Shown: positions 27,473-40,955 of the stretch, one piece after another
Layout of the letters: each line of letters opens with the position of its first letter
How positions within the stretch are numbered: position 1 is the first letter of the stretch
Assembly: GCF_006345805.1 (NCBI RefSeq)
Contig: NC_042997.1
Coordinates: 122,016,001-122,080,000, forward strand
DNA: 64,000 nucleotides
Reading direction: 5' to 3'
Origin: Octopus sinensis
Lineage: Eukaryota
Made by a program: the position numbers and the translations under genes
Notes under the pieces: model-generated
What the model saw: the letters and a program-made list of their open reading frames with translations, nothing else
Told to the model about the DNA's origin: nothing
The model's database searches: none

Positions 27473-28036
27473 TTGAGTGAGTGTGAGAGCAGTGCATGCC
27501 ATGAAATTGACATTGGGATACAAATATACAAAGCCCAGTATGTCCATCATGACTACCTGTCTGACAAGAGTACACCAAGCCCATGCACCACAACCATATG
27601 AGCGTGACACGGTGATCTCATACCAATATAAACAGCGCTTGACCTTGCGGGTTGGCTCAGTTAGAATTTTCTTCAGGTCGAGTAGCCCATCCCACTCAAA
27701 AAGTCCCCTATTAAGGGTTGTTTGAGGATGTAGATCGAACCACCCACGCTTCCAAAGGTGAAATATCCAAGCTCCAAAAAATTTCTCTTAACACATAGCT
27801 ATGATCCTCCCCAACTACATCTACTCGTGAACAAAGATGCACATATCCTCAGTCACTAAGGGACATTTTCAAGTGGTTATGGCCAAACAAGTGATAAGCA
27901 AATCTGTAGAATTGAGCAGAATATTTACTGTAGCGCATTTCTCATACCAAGACAAATCAGTGTAATTGATAATACTTCCAGTCAGTTAAGATCAGAAACC
28001 ACGAGAGCCACTGCCTGGTACTGCATCAGGACATTT
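27473..28036. repeat. About 564-bp element flanked by (ATT)n, copy 2 of a tandem pair
   Basis: Direct repeat of 26856-27418. Confidence 0.95.
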
Positions 28037-28052
28037 ATTATTATTATTATTA

Positions 28053-28096
<44 letters not shown>

Positions 28097-28195
28097 GAGC
28101 TGAGAGAATTGTTTGTACACAGGATAAAATACTTAGCGACATTTGTTGTCTCATTAAGTCCTGAGTTCAAATTCTGAAGCGGCCGACTTTGCTTT
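28097..28195 (+). mobile_element. Degenerate SINE family B head
   Basis: gagctgagagaatt...aaatacttagcga...ctgagttcaaattc...gccgactttgc aligns to the head of 46543. Confidence 0.6.
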
Positions 28196-29690
28196 GTTTG
28201 TTCTGTAGAGAACACATCCTTATTTAGTCGAAATAAAAAAAAAGGAAATATGTTGATTGTACGCATGAAGACCAAATTAAAGCGACGAGCTTTCATCCCT
28301 TGTCATAATGGCTATGTTGACAAATGCCCAGCATTTAGGATACTGTTGAATGTCTTATTTATTTCCTTTTCCTGTTAATAACGTGACTTCCCCATCGCAG
28401 GAAGAGCATCGTTCATTATCTCTCGAAACTGAGGGCTGGATTGTATCCTGAGGCCGGAAACGTGTCTGAAGTCTTACAATAGAGTGTACTCCTCTAAAGG
28501 CAGTAACTTTAGTTTAGACGAGTGAGAGATCAAACGTAACATCCATTGTCTAGATGGAGTTAACATTAATGAATTACCTAAGTATAAAGAAGGTTTCGGA
28601 ATTATAGGGATAATGAATTGTGGTGAATTTTATTCTTTGATGTATGTGATTTGATTTACTAAGTATATTCTATTGAAACGGAGGAACCTGATCCGTCTTT
28701 CATAAAAAAATAGCTATCTCGCTTTTTGATTACAGTTTTCGAATCACTAACAGAAACAAGAAATTAGAAGTGACGTACAATTTCGCTGTTATAAATGGCT
28801 TCAATTAAGCAGTGGAAATATGTGTTATTCTCGGTTATGTTCCTATTTTTTATAGCCTCCAGGACATATGTATTGACTCTGGATAGATGTACTTCACATT
28901 GATGTATCAATCACGTAGTAAATAATGTATTTCTTGGAAGCACAGCCTAGTTATCTCCCGTTTTCATTTACTGTGAAAAATATTTCAGTAATTGACTTTG
29001 TCAGTATCTGTGTCAGTAACATTACTTGCACGTAAACAAATATCGATTTTTTTTAATGTAGCACAAGAGCAATCATGTAGTATAAATGGTAAATACGATT
29101 ATTTGATATTCTTAAGTGTTGCATTAGGCATTACAAACTCAGAAGAATCTGCATCTAAATATCACCATAAATTAAACAGCGAAATTTTCTAAAGGGTATA
29201 TAGCAAAAGCTTATATATTTCAAGAAGTTATAGCTAAATTGTTTAAATGAATAAATATAAACAACACTATACGTCATAAATATCATCTGAAATCTCTTCA
29301 TATACATATGATATTTACGCGTGTAACAATACTCTTTGCCTAAGACTTATTATGCTAGAAAATTAGCTAAAGACAAAGAAATACATAATAACATTATATA
29401 TGAGAGTTGATCAATGTAATCTGAATGTGTAGGTTATCTATCAACACCCTATACATTATCAACTCATAATAACAGTGGATATATATTTCAAGACGCAGAG
29501 CGTAATTTATAAAAGAGATGATAACATTTATAACGTGACCTCATCAATAGGTTATATTTTCGGCTAATATATCTATTACACAAACAAAACGTCTACACTT
29601 TCAAAAACATGTGTACGAATAATTTAAAGCTACAGTCCCTGTCTCTCTCCATCGCGCTCTCTTTATACATACATACATACACAAAATTAA

Positions 29691-29916
29691 GAGAAATGGC
29701 CACTCAAGTGGACACCCTATATGCTAAATATAGATGTAAAATTGCCATTACCACGAAGAATGTGTTCTCAAGAAAAAAATCTCAGCAAAACGCCAAAATG
29801 TGGCCAAATTTTGGCGTTTTGCTGAGATTTTTGCTCTGAGAACACATTCTTCGTTGTAATGGCGATTTGACGTCTATGTTTAGCATATAGGGTGTCCACT
29901 GTAGTGGTCATTCCTC
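29691..29916. mobile_element. Fold-back MITE with a TTAA target-site duplication (Kolobok-like)
   Basis: About 110-bp inverted arms, about 7-nt loop, TTAA at 29687-29690 and 29917-29920, termini GAG...CTC. Confidence 0.65.
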
Positions 29917-32543
29917 TTAATTTTGAATGTATCACAATTTTTAATCTTCAGATTTTTAAATATGCTAAGCCACTGGTTTTAATTGATAAACATCAATTTC
30001 TACCTTTATTATTTAATTTATATATATATATAAGAGAGAGCGTGGAATATGAATGCATATACAAGATATATATCATGAAAAAACAAACATATGTGTGGGT
30101 ATGTAGTCACGGACAGATATCAGCACTTAATCACCTCAACACAAGCCCACGTCTACTTACACTATTTGGGGTGAGGTTAGGGTATGGAAATCGAAAAAGA
30201 GGAGTAGTAAATCTCAGGATAAATGGAATGGTTTCGATCGTTTTATCAAATGGAATATCCGGTATAACGAAAAAGCTAACTAAAAAATATCAAAAATAAT
30301 TATCTTCTTAGGAAAAAAGGCAATATTAATCATTTCGAGAAATTTTAATTATTTCAACAACTAAATTATCTACTTGGGCCTTATGTAGTTCTTATTAAAA
30401 AATCATTTATAAAATATTGACTTCATTGTAACTTCAGGATTTGCGACGAAAGCATCGCTTCCTGAGTGTACAACATTGTACATAGGTCATTTCGGGGGAA
30501 AATTATAATTGTTTAATGACAAATGTATGTTTGACGTATTTCATTGTATATAATCTAAGAGAGGCACGAAAACAAGGATTCAGTCAAAATATTCACAAGT
30601 AGAAATTCGTTACGAGCAGCTGTTAGAAAACAAAACTCTAACACTACAGTGGGTTATACCAAAGATAAAATGGCGCCTATGTTAAAACACGTTTAATATT
30701 TAGAGTAATCTTTAGCACGCACCATTTATAAAAATCATCACCAGTGAATCGCAAACCTAGTTTTTGTTGATGCATGTAATAATATGCATGATTTTAATGC
30801 AAGCGGCCATGTTTGCATTAATGATGAAAGATCACATATAAACGAGAGAACTTTCATTATTGTAAAACTCATCCTACATAATACTGCTCAGAATAAAATT
30901 AACCTTATTTGTAATTTCTTTCTATGACTATATGTTGCTATTCTTATTTAGACGGAAGTGAGCCTTGCTCGAGTAGACGTGATATGCTGTCCTAGTATTC
31001 AATTAGCATATTTTAGGATATAGTTTATCTCGTGATTGTTTGGAATTTTTTTCTTACAGAACCGCTGAACCTACATACGTGCTAGTAATAGAAGAGTCCT
31101 ATTGGCTAATCTGTTACTAAATTGTATCGAGAGGAGATGAAAGTATTCATATTTTACGAGATTTGCTCAATGGAATGTTCATTCATTTCTCCATGCACAT
31201 TCTCTGGTTAATGCTTGTAAAATTTCTTCAACTTACAATTAATGTTGTTCTACCATTGCATTTCTTTCGCACATCACAGCTTAATCAGACATTGGTCACG
31301 TTTTCTCCTGAACAGATTCAACCTGGGGTATTTAGATTGACTTATATAAACATCTAAATGTATTTAACGATAGTTTTTGATAATTCTTTCTTCTAAAGCT
31401 TATATATTGTGACACTTATACACTTTTGTGTCATCCAAATAATGAAGACCCTTAACAGTCACTTTAAGACACTCAGTACTTGGATGGCACGAATCTATCG
31501 GCCCTAAACATATGAAAGTGAAAAATCAATCGGAACAGGAAGTAAACTCATTAACTAGACAGACATACCTAAAACCCGAAAGAAATATTATGTGGCGCTT
31601 TACCGATTCAACCTCCCTACAATGCTCCAAATATTGAACACTCGTGTAAGATAAATAAATGTGTGAATTGGTATGTTGAACAGTGAATCACTTGAAGTGT
31701 TTGTGTCAACTTGTGTGATCTTTTGTGTATAACAGATTAAAAACTATCGATATTTTTGAAGCTGTGAATGCAAACACATCTGAAGCGATAATGATTTAGA
31801 TAAACAATTCAGCCATACAATAATTTATCTAGACTGCTTGATACCAATTGTAAATTAGTAAACCGAGATGATATTTTATATATATATATATATATATTAT
31901 GTTGCAAAATACAATGCCATCTTGTAGCCCAATTAGTCTTTTATTGACCAGTCAATTTGCATTGTAAAAGGGTCAGGTAGAGTTAATTAGAATCAGCTGT
32001 AGCTTGCCTTATTTATAGAATATCTGATTTCGCAGATGTTAAATAAAACGAATTTTCTTTAAAATATTTCATGATAGTAAAATATCAGAAACTATCACTT
32101 GTGCATTGGGTTTCTTTAGAGCGACAAGATAATGATTGGTTTTCTATTCGAAATGCAATCTTTATAAAAAAAATAAAAGTAGTTGTGTTCAATTAAAGAA
32201 GACAAAAGGCGGTGTTATATTTCCACAAAAGATCAACTCCTTTAACATACAATAATTTCATTAAATGTAATGGTGAATTAAATGTTGGGAAATACCTATA
32301 GCATATGACAAAACATTATATTGAAATTACAGGTCTAAATGATTTCATTTGTGATTATCCTTTTAATAAATTTGATAATCCTTATGGGGATTATCAAATT
32401 TATGATAATTACACAACATAAATCGTGCATATATATATATATATATATAGTCTCAGTATGAGAAGTACACGTAAGCCTAACAGTATTACAAAAGCCTTAG
32501 AGTGCCTTTAGTAAATTAGAAGAGGTATACCAAGGGGAGATGA

Positions 32544-32604
32544 AAGAGGCTAAATCGGCTTAGTAGGAACGGAAGTCCGTTCCTGCTAAGCCGATTAGCC
32601 TCTT
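32544..32604. repeat. Snap-back hairpin with about 30-bp arms next to (TA)n
   Basis: aagaggcta(a)atcggcttagtaggaacgga-ag-tccgttcctgctaagccgattagcctctt. Confidence 0.85.
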
Positions 32605-32608
32605 ATAT

Positions 32609-32640
<32 letters not shown>

Positions 32641-32860
32641 AACATAGTAGATATACTACACTTTGATGACAGGGAGATGATGGTGATGAACATGTAATTC
32701 TTAGATTGCTGGCACAAAATGTATAAAACTATTTAATGCGTTCCGTTGCATCAAACAACAATCATAGATCCACATGTTCAAAGTTTGTCATGAAAGGGTA
32801 GGTTATGCAGTTACTGCTCATTCATTAAGTTTAAATTTTGTCAGATATGTTTATAATGTA

Positions 32861-33163
32861 GAGGTTCATGGCCTAGTGATTGGAGCAGCGGACAGGTGCT
32901 TGATTGATCGTGGGTTCGAATCTCAGACTAAGCGATGTGTGTGTTTATGAGCGAAACACCTAAGCCCCACACGGGTCCGGTAGAAGGTAATGGCGAACTT
33001 CTGCTGACTCTTTTGCCACAGCTTTCTCTCACTCTTTCCTCTTGCATCAGGCACCACACCAGTGACGGATCGGCGTCACGTCCATGAAGCGGACCTATAC
33101 GCCAATAAAACCTGGAAACCGGCCTTTGTGAGTCAGGCATGTTTCGAGAAGAATTAAACAACA
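32861..33163 (+). mobile_element. tRNA-derived SINE family C
   Basis: catggcctagtgattggagcagcggac...gggttcgaatctcagac; colinear with 58827-59128. Confidence 0.85.
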
Positions 33164-33591
33164 TGTTTATAGTATTTTTGTTAATTAGTGTACAGTCGTT
33201 CCTGATAGAGATGATCTATAACATTACGACAATGTTCGTCCTGCTTTGTACCAGATTACACACACACAACCACACATACTATGCTAAACACTTTATGGTA
33301 TGCAAATTAGCAGCTCCAATTCTCTGTACCAAATGGTTTTGCTGAAGTTGGCTGCATGATTCTCTGGGATTGTTCAAACTGATGTAGACATATTTGATGA
33401 GTACACGGTAAGGTACGAAAATCGAATAAGGCTGCTCATTTTTTTTCAGTCTACGGAGATATATTTAATTTCGCCCTGTTTATATAAATACTATATAGTT
33501 TACATGCATGCACACACATACATGCATACATATATCTAATTGCGATGCACACACACACATACATGCATATATATATATATATATATCTAGT

Positions 33592-33767
33592 CGCCATGAT
33601 AGATCGGTAGCCACTACACACATTTTTTTCTCGCCTTGTTTCTTTCCGTAGAAGAGCGTAGGCTTGAAATGTATAAAACTTTTTTCAATTCCTGAGCGTT
33701 ATACTAATATATCTTTTTGTTTTCTACATCACCTGTCTTCGTCTTTTGTTTTTTTCGTGAATTCTCT

Positions 33768-33770
<3 letters not shown>
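33592..33770 (+). mobile_element. Short HHR-bearing element, family P1 (core destroyed)
   Basis: Colinear with 41547-41733; ttt-CCGTAGA-A-GAGC-gtag-GCTT-GAAAT-GTA; ends ctctcca(TA)n. Confidence 0.75.
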
Positions 33771-33841
<71 letters not shown>

Positions 33842-34230
33842 ATGTATGTATGCGCGCACGCGCATGTGTGTGAATTAGTTCAATTCTGTGAAAGACTCTG
33901 ATAGACTTTCACAAGATTGAATGTAATTTATGAAAAATAAGAGCAATAAAATAAGAGAAATACATTACAATAAGCGATGTATTATTCAAAAAACATTGCT
34001 CTGTGAAAATTAGCTTCAATATAAATAGGACTGAGACAATTTAATGAAAATGATAGCGATAAGGAAGAGAAAGATTATACTGGGTAGCAGTGATGATGAG
34101 GAGTATGATCAGAGTAACTCTACTAGAAATCCACAGTATTCACTGGAATCCATTGATTTAAGAGTGGACCTGACGAGGGAATTTACCCATTGTCTGTATA
34201 TGTCTATAAACATCAAATTTGTATGATGCA

Positions 34231-34610
34231 TACTCTTTTACTTGTGGCCATGCTGGAGCACCGCATTTTGGTCAAGCAAATCGACCCCAGGATTTATTCT
34301 TTGTAAGCCTAGTACTTATTCTATCGGTCGCTTTTGCCGTACCGCTAGGTTACGGGGACGTAAACACACCCGCATCGGTTGTCAAGCGATGTTGGGTAAA
34401 CAAACACAGGCACACATATACACACCCACATATATATTTATATATATATATATACATACGACGAGTTTCTTTTCAGTTTCCACTCACAAGGATTTGGTCG
34501 GCCCTAGGCTATAGTAGAAAACACTTGCGCAAGGTGCCACGCAGTGGGACTGAACCCGGAACCATATGATTGATAAGCAAGCTACTTACAACACAGCCAC
34601 TCCTACGCCT
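34231..34610 (-). mobile_element. SINE family A copy
   Basis: Reverse complement of the 9928-10286 family, head and tail both present. Confidence 0.85.
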
Positions 34611-36172
34611 AAATAATTATGACGTGCAATTCTAATCAATTAATTTCATAATTAGGAAAACTAGATGAGTAAATTTAAAATATAGTCTCAAAAATGCAAT
34701 GATTATTTATTTTGTGTTTAAGTTTGCTTTCTCTAGATATACGTTTTCGTTTCAATCTCCTCTTAATTATGTAGTCCCTGAACAGATAAAATTTTCACCG
34801 TATTAACAAGTGCAGTTAATATTGGTTTGAGATTAGTCAATATTGTCACTTTGTCAATGTTATTTGATATATGTTTAACAAATATTACTCTTACAAATAG
34901 TAGTGTTGCACTAACATATCTCCAAATGCAGTCACTCCAATAAATATGAAAACTGTCTTTGTTAAATGTATTAACTTTATATTGTAGATACTTCGATTTG
35001 TTTGGTCATCATAATTCTTTGCTGCATATTTAAATATTTTGTACGAAGAAGACGCTATCACCTTATCATGATAAATTTTTGTTTTGAGGCAAATTCAAAT
35101 GTGTTAAAGAGAGAAAAAAATACAATCCTAATCTATCCTGTTTTCATGCTAGATAATCCACTGATTATGATACACGCCAGCTGACTCAAGAATATCATTC
35201 TCAATGTTTAGCATACTGTTAACAAAATTTTAATACAGAATATTCAAAGATAGTATCAAAAACAATTCCTCACAAAACCATTAACTGTTTACTGATCTGC
35301 TTTCAGATATGACAACTTCCAACGGTTACCACAACTTCCCACGAGTATTCAGAGAAATTCGATTTTATTGATAAAAGACTTAAATTTTAAACAAGGATAT
35401 GAAAGTTAAATGCAAGACGGATTATAAATTGACAATACAATTTAAGCCAGTAGGGGAAAAAAGAAAAGAAAGAATTCCAAATAAAAGCTGCCATATTTTA
35501 ATACAATATCTTTTTCTGCATTCTCAAGTGACATCAAGTTTGATGAAGAACAAAACAAAAACGTGTTTTGAACTACTTTAGCGAAGTAGTTACTATAGTA
35601 GAAATCAGGAGATATTAAAGGAATTAACATTGTTGTTGCGATTAGAAACGGAATGTTACTTTTATAATATATTGTTAATATATATTTTTTTAAATCCTGC
35701 ACTGTGTTAAATGGTAAAATTCAAACCATTCAGCTAACAGGTGAAAATAAATATGATACCCGTATTGTGTTAATTTTTATAATTCTCAAATAAATATAGA
35801 AGAAAAAGCTTGTTCCCATTCATCAGCATTAAAAGGGTGCTTAATGATTGTTAAGAAAATGATAAGATCACAACGAGAGGTGCTATTACCAAGATTCTAT
35901 CTGGTTATGAATTAAATTTCAGCTGGTTATCACCTGCAGGCTGATGTACAACTGACATTCACCTTACTCTCATATAAATTTTATGGTTTTTCAGCACACG
36001 GATGAAATGCTACTGAAGTATGGTGAAATGTAAATTCATTTCTTAAAATACACAACCAATAGCTAGGCGTGTACGGGATAAAAATGCGTGATAAAAACTG
36101 AAAGTAAAAATTTCCCCGTAAATTATTGAAAGCCATTGCAGGAAGTTCATCAAATTTTTCATCGTTAATAGG

Positions 36173-36224
<52 letters not shown>

Positions 36225-37313
36225 ATTTTCTCACTAAAGATGTAATGCGCAAGAAGTTGCAATAGACCTATAATATTAATAGTATTACAGTAAACATTTG
36301 CATAATCTTATGGGGAAAAGGAATTTACATTTACCATGAACCTTAATTGACGACGATTAATTTTATGAAACTAAACGAAGTTTCGAAGATGACATTTGAA
36401 GTCAGCAAACCTAGACCTCTTATAAATGCTTTTAAAGTAACAGAAGAGATAATTCACGCACATGCATACATACACACAAACACACACACACACGGAAAAA
36501 ATACAAAAGAAACTCATGCAGATTCTCCAGGCCCAATATATTAGTGGCACAGGGAGAATTTATAATACATTGTAAAAATTTTCATGTGCGATTCTTATGT
36601 GAATAGATGTATACATTTGTTTGTATGATTCGACAATTAATTCAACTCACTAATTCAGCCACGTGTTTACAAACACAGAAAGTGTAGTTACTTTCTTATC
36701 AACTGGCTTGAACACTCGCAAGTACTTACAATAAACTCGAAGAAAAACCATACATAGATACCTATCTATATATTCAATATTAACTGGGTAATGACCTCAG
36801 AACGTGCATTCAAAAGCCTCTATACGGTTGTCGGTTACCATATGCCACCATACAGAAGGGTTATTCCTTGAGCTACCTGGATATAATTTCACGGAACCAC
36901 TACACGGAAACAGTTGTTTTATTTTGTAATTAATGTCTGTTTATAAATAAGCCTAGTTTGGCTCTCTTTTATAAGGTCTCAGATTTATGTACCTATATTC
37001 ATAGAAGCCTAGATACTCAAAGAAACAAAAATACACGTATTAAGCGGGATCCACGAAAATATTCACTTAAACTAGAGTATATCCTCTATATAACTAAATC
37101 GAATTACTTACTGTTTAACTAAATTAAACGAACGATCGATTAGTTAGTTGGATGTTTAAGCAATTGACTAATGATAAAGGAAAGTGGAATTGAACCAGTG
37201 CGTGTGTTGATAATAATGACAACAAAATTCCATTTGCTTGATAATTACGATAGCTAAGTATTTCAGATAACACTCAAGCAGAAACATCATAAAAAGGGCG
37301 TGTGACATATTTG

Positions 37314-37732
37314 TATCTATTTCTTTACTACCCACAAGGGACTAAACACACAGAGAACAAACAAGGACAGATAAAGGGATTAAGTCGATTACATCGACCC
37401 CAGTGCGCAACTGGTACTTAATTTATCGACACCGAAAGGACGAAAGGCAAAGTCGGCCTCGGCGGAATTTGAACTCATAACGTAACGGCAGACGAAATAC
37501 CTATTTTTTTACTACCCACAAGGGGCTAAACAGAGAAGATAAACAAGCACAGACAAACGGATAAGTCGATTATATCGACCCCAGTGCGTAACTGGTACTT
37601 ATTTAATCGACCTCGAAAGGATGAAAGGCAAAGTCGACCTGGGCAGAATTTGAACTCAGAACGTAAAGGGGAAACGAAATACCGCTAAGCATTCCGCCAG
37701 GCGCGCTAACGTTTCTGCCAACTCGCCGCCTT
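37314..37732 (-). mobile_element. SINE family B head-to-tail dimer (one full copy plus one 5'-truncated copy)
   Basis: Copies 37501-37732 and 37314-37500 are joined at gaaatac|ctatt; both match 39532-39756. Confidence 0.85.
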
Positions 37733-38032
37733 AAGTACATGTATGTTACTGTTTCTTAACTATATATTGTTTTGATATCTGTATGTCTGAATGCGAATCA
37801 TAATGTGTGCAAATCATCCCTATTTTTACTTTAATATGCGCGAAATGTTCTCATTTATACGGAGCAAGGTCTTGATTAATGAAGAAAATCTCTTTGTTTT
37901 TCCATATAAACTAAAGTATATTTCTCTGATATTCAAAAATCTAGCAGCAAACTTTTTAATATCAATTTTATTTTCAACTTTTTGTAATTTTTTAGAGGTC
38001 AGTAACAAAACTTGGAGTAATGACTTAGAGTA

Positions 38033-38064
<32 letters not shown>

Positions 38065-38068
38065 TATA

Positions 38069-38126
<58 letters not shown>

Positions 38127-39531
38127 ATGCAAACGGGAAATATGGAAGATAACCAGAGAACTGGTGCAAAACCAATGTCATAAATATAAATAATGATGGC
38201 TCAGCGAAAGCATTCAAGAGTGTTGAATAAAATATTCTAAATATTGTATAATGGCGAACATTTAGACAGACTAGCTGTAAGTGTTCATACTGATGGCCTC
38301 TGCAATCAGATTGTACTTATACAAACACAAGAGATCATTCACTAGAAGTAGGCAGATTTATTGACTAATTTTGCTTTTCTCAGGTTCAATCATGCTCAGT
38401 TGGTGAATACAAGAGTATACATCAAATGTATCGCAGTTATTTAATTCCGATATATTTGTTCCATCACACTTTTTTTCTTCCTTTTGTTGTTCGACAAATA
38501 TCAACTGATTTCCACACGAAGATAATGACTTTCATACAACAAATCACATGTTATTTGTTTGCCTCACTGTGACAGAATGTTTGAAAACTAAGTAACCGTT
38601 ATGAAACAAGTATATATATATATATCTAAGCACAGTGAGAAAGAGGGACAGAGAGAGAGAGAATGAGAGAGATTCCCATTTATCTTGAAAGTAACTTGTA
38701 ACATAAGAACAGATAAATAACAAGGGTGAAATGTAGATATATGCATTCAACCGTAAAAGCTTCTGATCAACCACTAGCAGTCAGATAGGTGTTAGCTTAA
38801 GTGATATTCTTTGCTGAAGTATCGGAGAACATTTGTTCCTGACAATTATGTTGGAATTGTTATCTGTTCAACTCTCAGAGTAAATATTCGGACACATTGT
38901 AATAATATCAGAAGGCTAATAGGTTTCAATTGCAAAAAAAAGACAATTGTAATCTGACTATATTTTGATGCTTCTGTTCATAGAACGAACATAGTGTAAA
39001 CGTATTTGCCTACGGTCTATAGAACGGTATGTTACATTCACTCTAAAAATCGAAAAGATAGCTATAAAGCTAAAATCTAGATTACATTAAATAGATACTA
39101 AAGGTGATACAAATATATTATCAAATTTCTATTTGACTACAGAGTCGGATTTACGGACGAAAAGGGAAACGAGAAAGAAAAGAATTGGCAGACATAGTAA
39201 ACAATAGTAGTAGCCTCATAAATAGTTACAGAACCTTTTAGAAAAGAAATTTGGCTTCGAAGGCACGACAAAAAAAAAAACAAAACACACTCATATATAC
39301 AAACCTGTTAGATGCGAATGCGAATGTGTGCGTGTTTACGTGTGTGTGTGTGTTTGTACGTGCTTGTGTGTGTTTCTTTAACACATCAGGGAATGAGTGA
39401 GTACTCAGTTATATTGTAAAGTTTATTTGTATAAAAGTTAGCCATTTAAAGTTTGCTTCTTATAGACGCTTCCTCTATGCTTAATTTTTGATGCGATAGA
39501 TTGTATTCATTTTGTATAGTATCTGTTTCAT

Positions 39532-39756
39532 TATTTCCCACAATGGGCTAAACATAGAGGGGACAAACAAGGACAGACAAACGGATTAAGTCGATTATAT
39601 CGACCCCAGTGCGTAACTGGTACTTAATTTATCGACCCCGAAAGGATGAAAGGCAAAGTCGACCTCGGCGGAATTTGAACTCAGAAGGTAACGGCAGACG
39701 AAATACGGCTACGCATTTCGCCCAGTCTGCTAACGGTTTTGCCAGCTCGCCGCCTT
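39532..39756 (-). mobile_element. SINE family B copy
   Basis: Reverse complement of 46543-46771; tRNA-like head with gagttcaaattcc B box. Confidence 0.88.
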
Positions 39757-39822
39757 ATTCTCTATAGTATCGGAAGGAAATGTTACGCAATTCTCGCACG
39801 CACACACTCACACATATTCGCG

Positions 39823-39856
<34 letters not shown>

Positions 39857-40955
39857 GATATCTGTATCCAGAGTGTTTATATCATATAATCGGTACACGA
39901 GATTTATATTTTGCTAGTTTCGTTTCTATATATTTTTAATACGAACGATGGCATGCATATGCATTTTTAATAGGTTCTGACTGATCGGAGGGTGAATATG
40001 AATACTGCTGCTGTATTTCGTCATTGTACATTTTGCATTTAATACTACATTCAAGCATTTAATACTACCTCTGCTATTTTGTAGGAAATAATGTGCAATT
40101 TAGATTTTTAAATATATTTCTTTAATTAATTTTATCCTTTAAGCAACTTTTGAGATAATTGAGGTTCGAATAACTATTTCCAATTCTGTTACACTTGTTT
40201 TCAAATTTGGCATATGGATTAAGTTGTGTATACTAATTAGGAAAATAAAATCATTTCTCCTATAAATCTACAATTAAAAAGTTATTAGCCTCTAAAGTTT
40301 GCAGATTTTGGGCATATTAGCCAATCAGAAGCGAGTATTTTACACATAACCGTGAATTTCGGTTAGCATAGTACACAAAGAACTCTGTTTCCATAGTAAC
40401 GAGGGAATATAACCACCACTTGTTCCATAACTGTTTGCAAAGAACCCTGTTTTCCTAGTAGTCAAAGATGCTGCCCATGCGCACAAGGAGTGGATCCACT
40501 ACGTGTTCCTAAATTGTTTGTCACATAATGGATGAGGCAGCGAACGCTTGTTTTCTCATTGACTGAAAATCCAGAAAATTATCGAGCTTTGAACACCTAT
40601 AACATTTTCGCAAAATTTTTCTGGAATAAATTAATAACGATTTCGGATTCAGCGTCAGAAATTACATCTATATGCTACATTAAAATTTTATTTAAACATT
40701 GCGACATGCAGAGACTCACAGCACAAAGAACCGACTTTTGAGATTTCTTTAAAAAGAAACATATTTCTTAAAACTTTCCACTTCTCTTTTTTATTTATTA
40801 TTTATACCTTTTTTTTTCAACTTCCCTTACATTATTCAACTATTGTCTTTGATCCACTTCCTTTGACTTTCTGACTTCTAGTAACACTGCTACCCTGCTT
40901 TCTAACTATACTATATGTAGGAAATATATCACAGTATATATAATAATATAAATAA

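Noticed and set aside
26856-28036. Duplicated 82-aa ORFs (26860-27108, 27477-27725) as a gene pair, or the repeats as a CRISPR-like array
   Set aside because: GTG start, no domain, and both lie within a duplicated repeat unit; there is no short-repeat/unique-spacer pattern anywhere in the window
28425-28470. CTGAGGG...GGCC-GGAAAC-GTGTC hammerhead-like motif
   Set aside because: A9 is absent and stem I does not form; at best an unprovable relic
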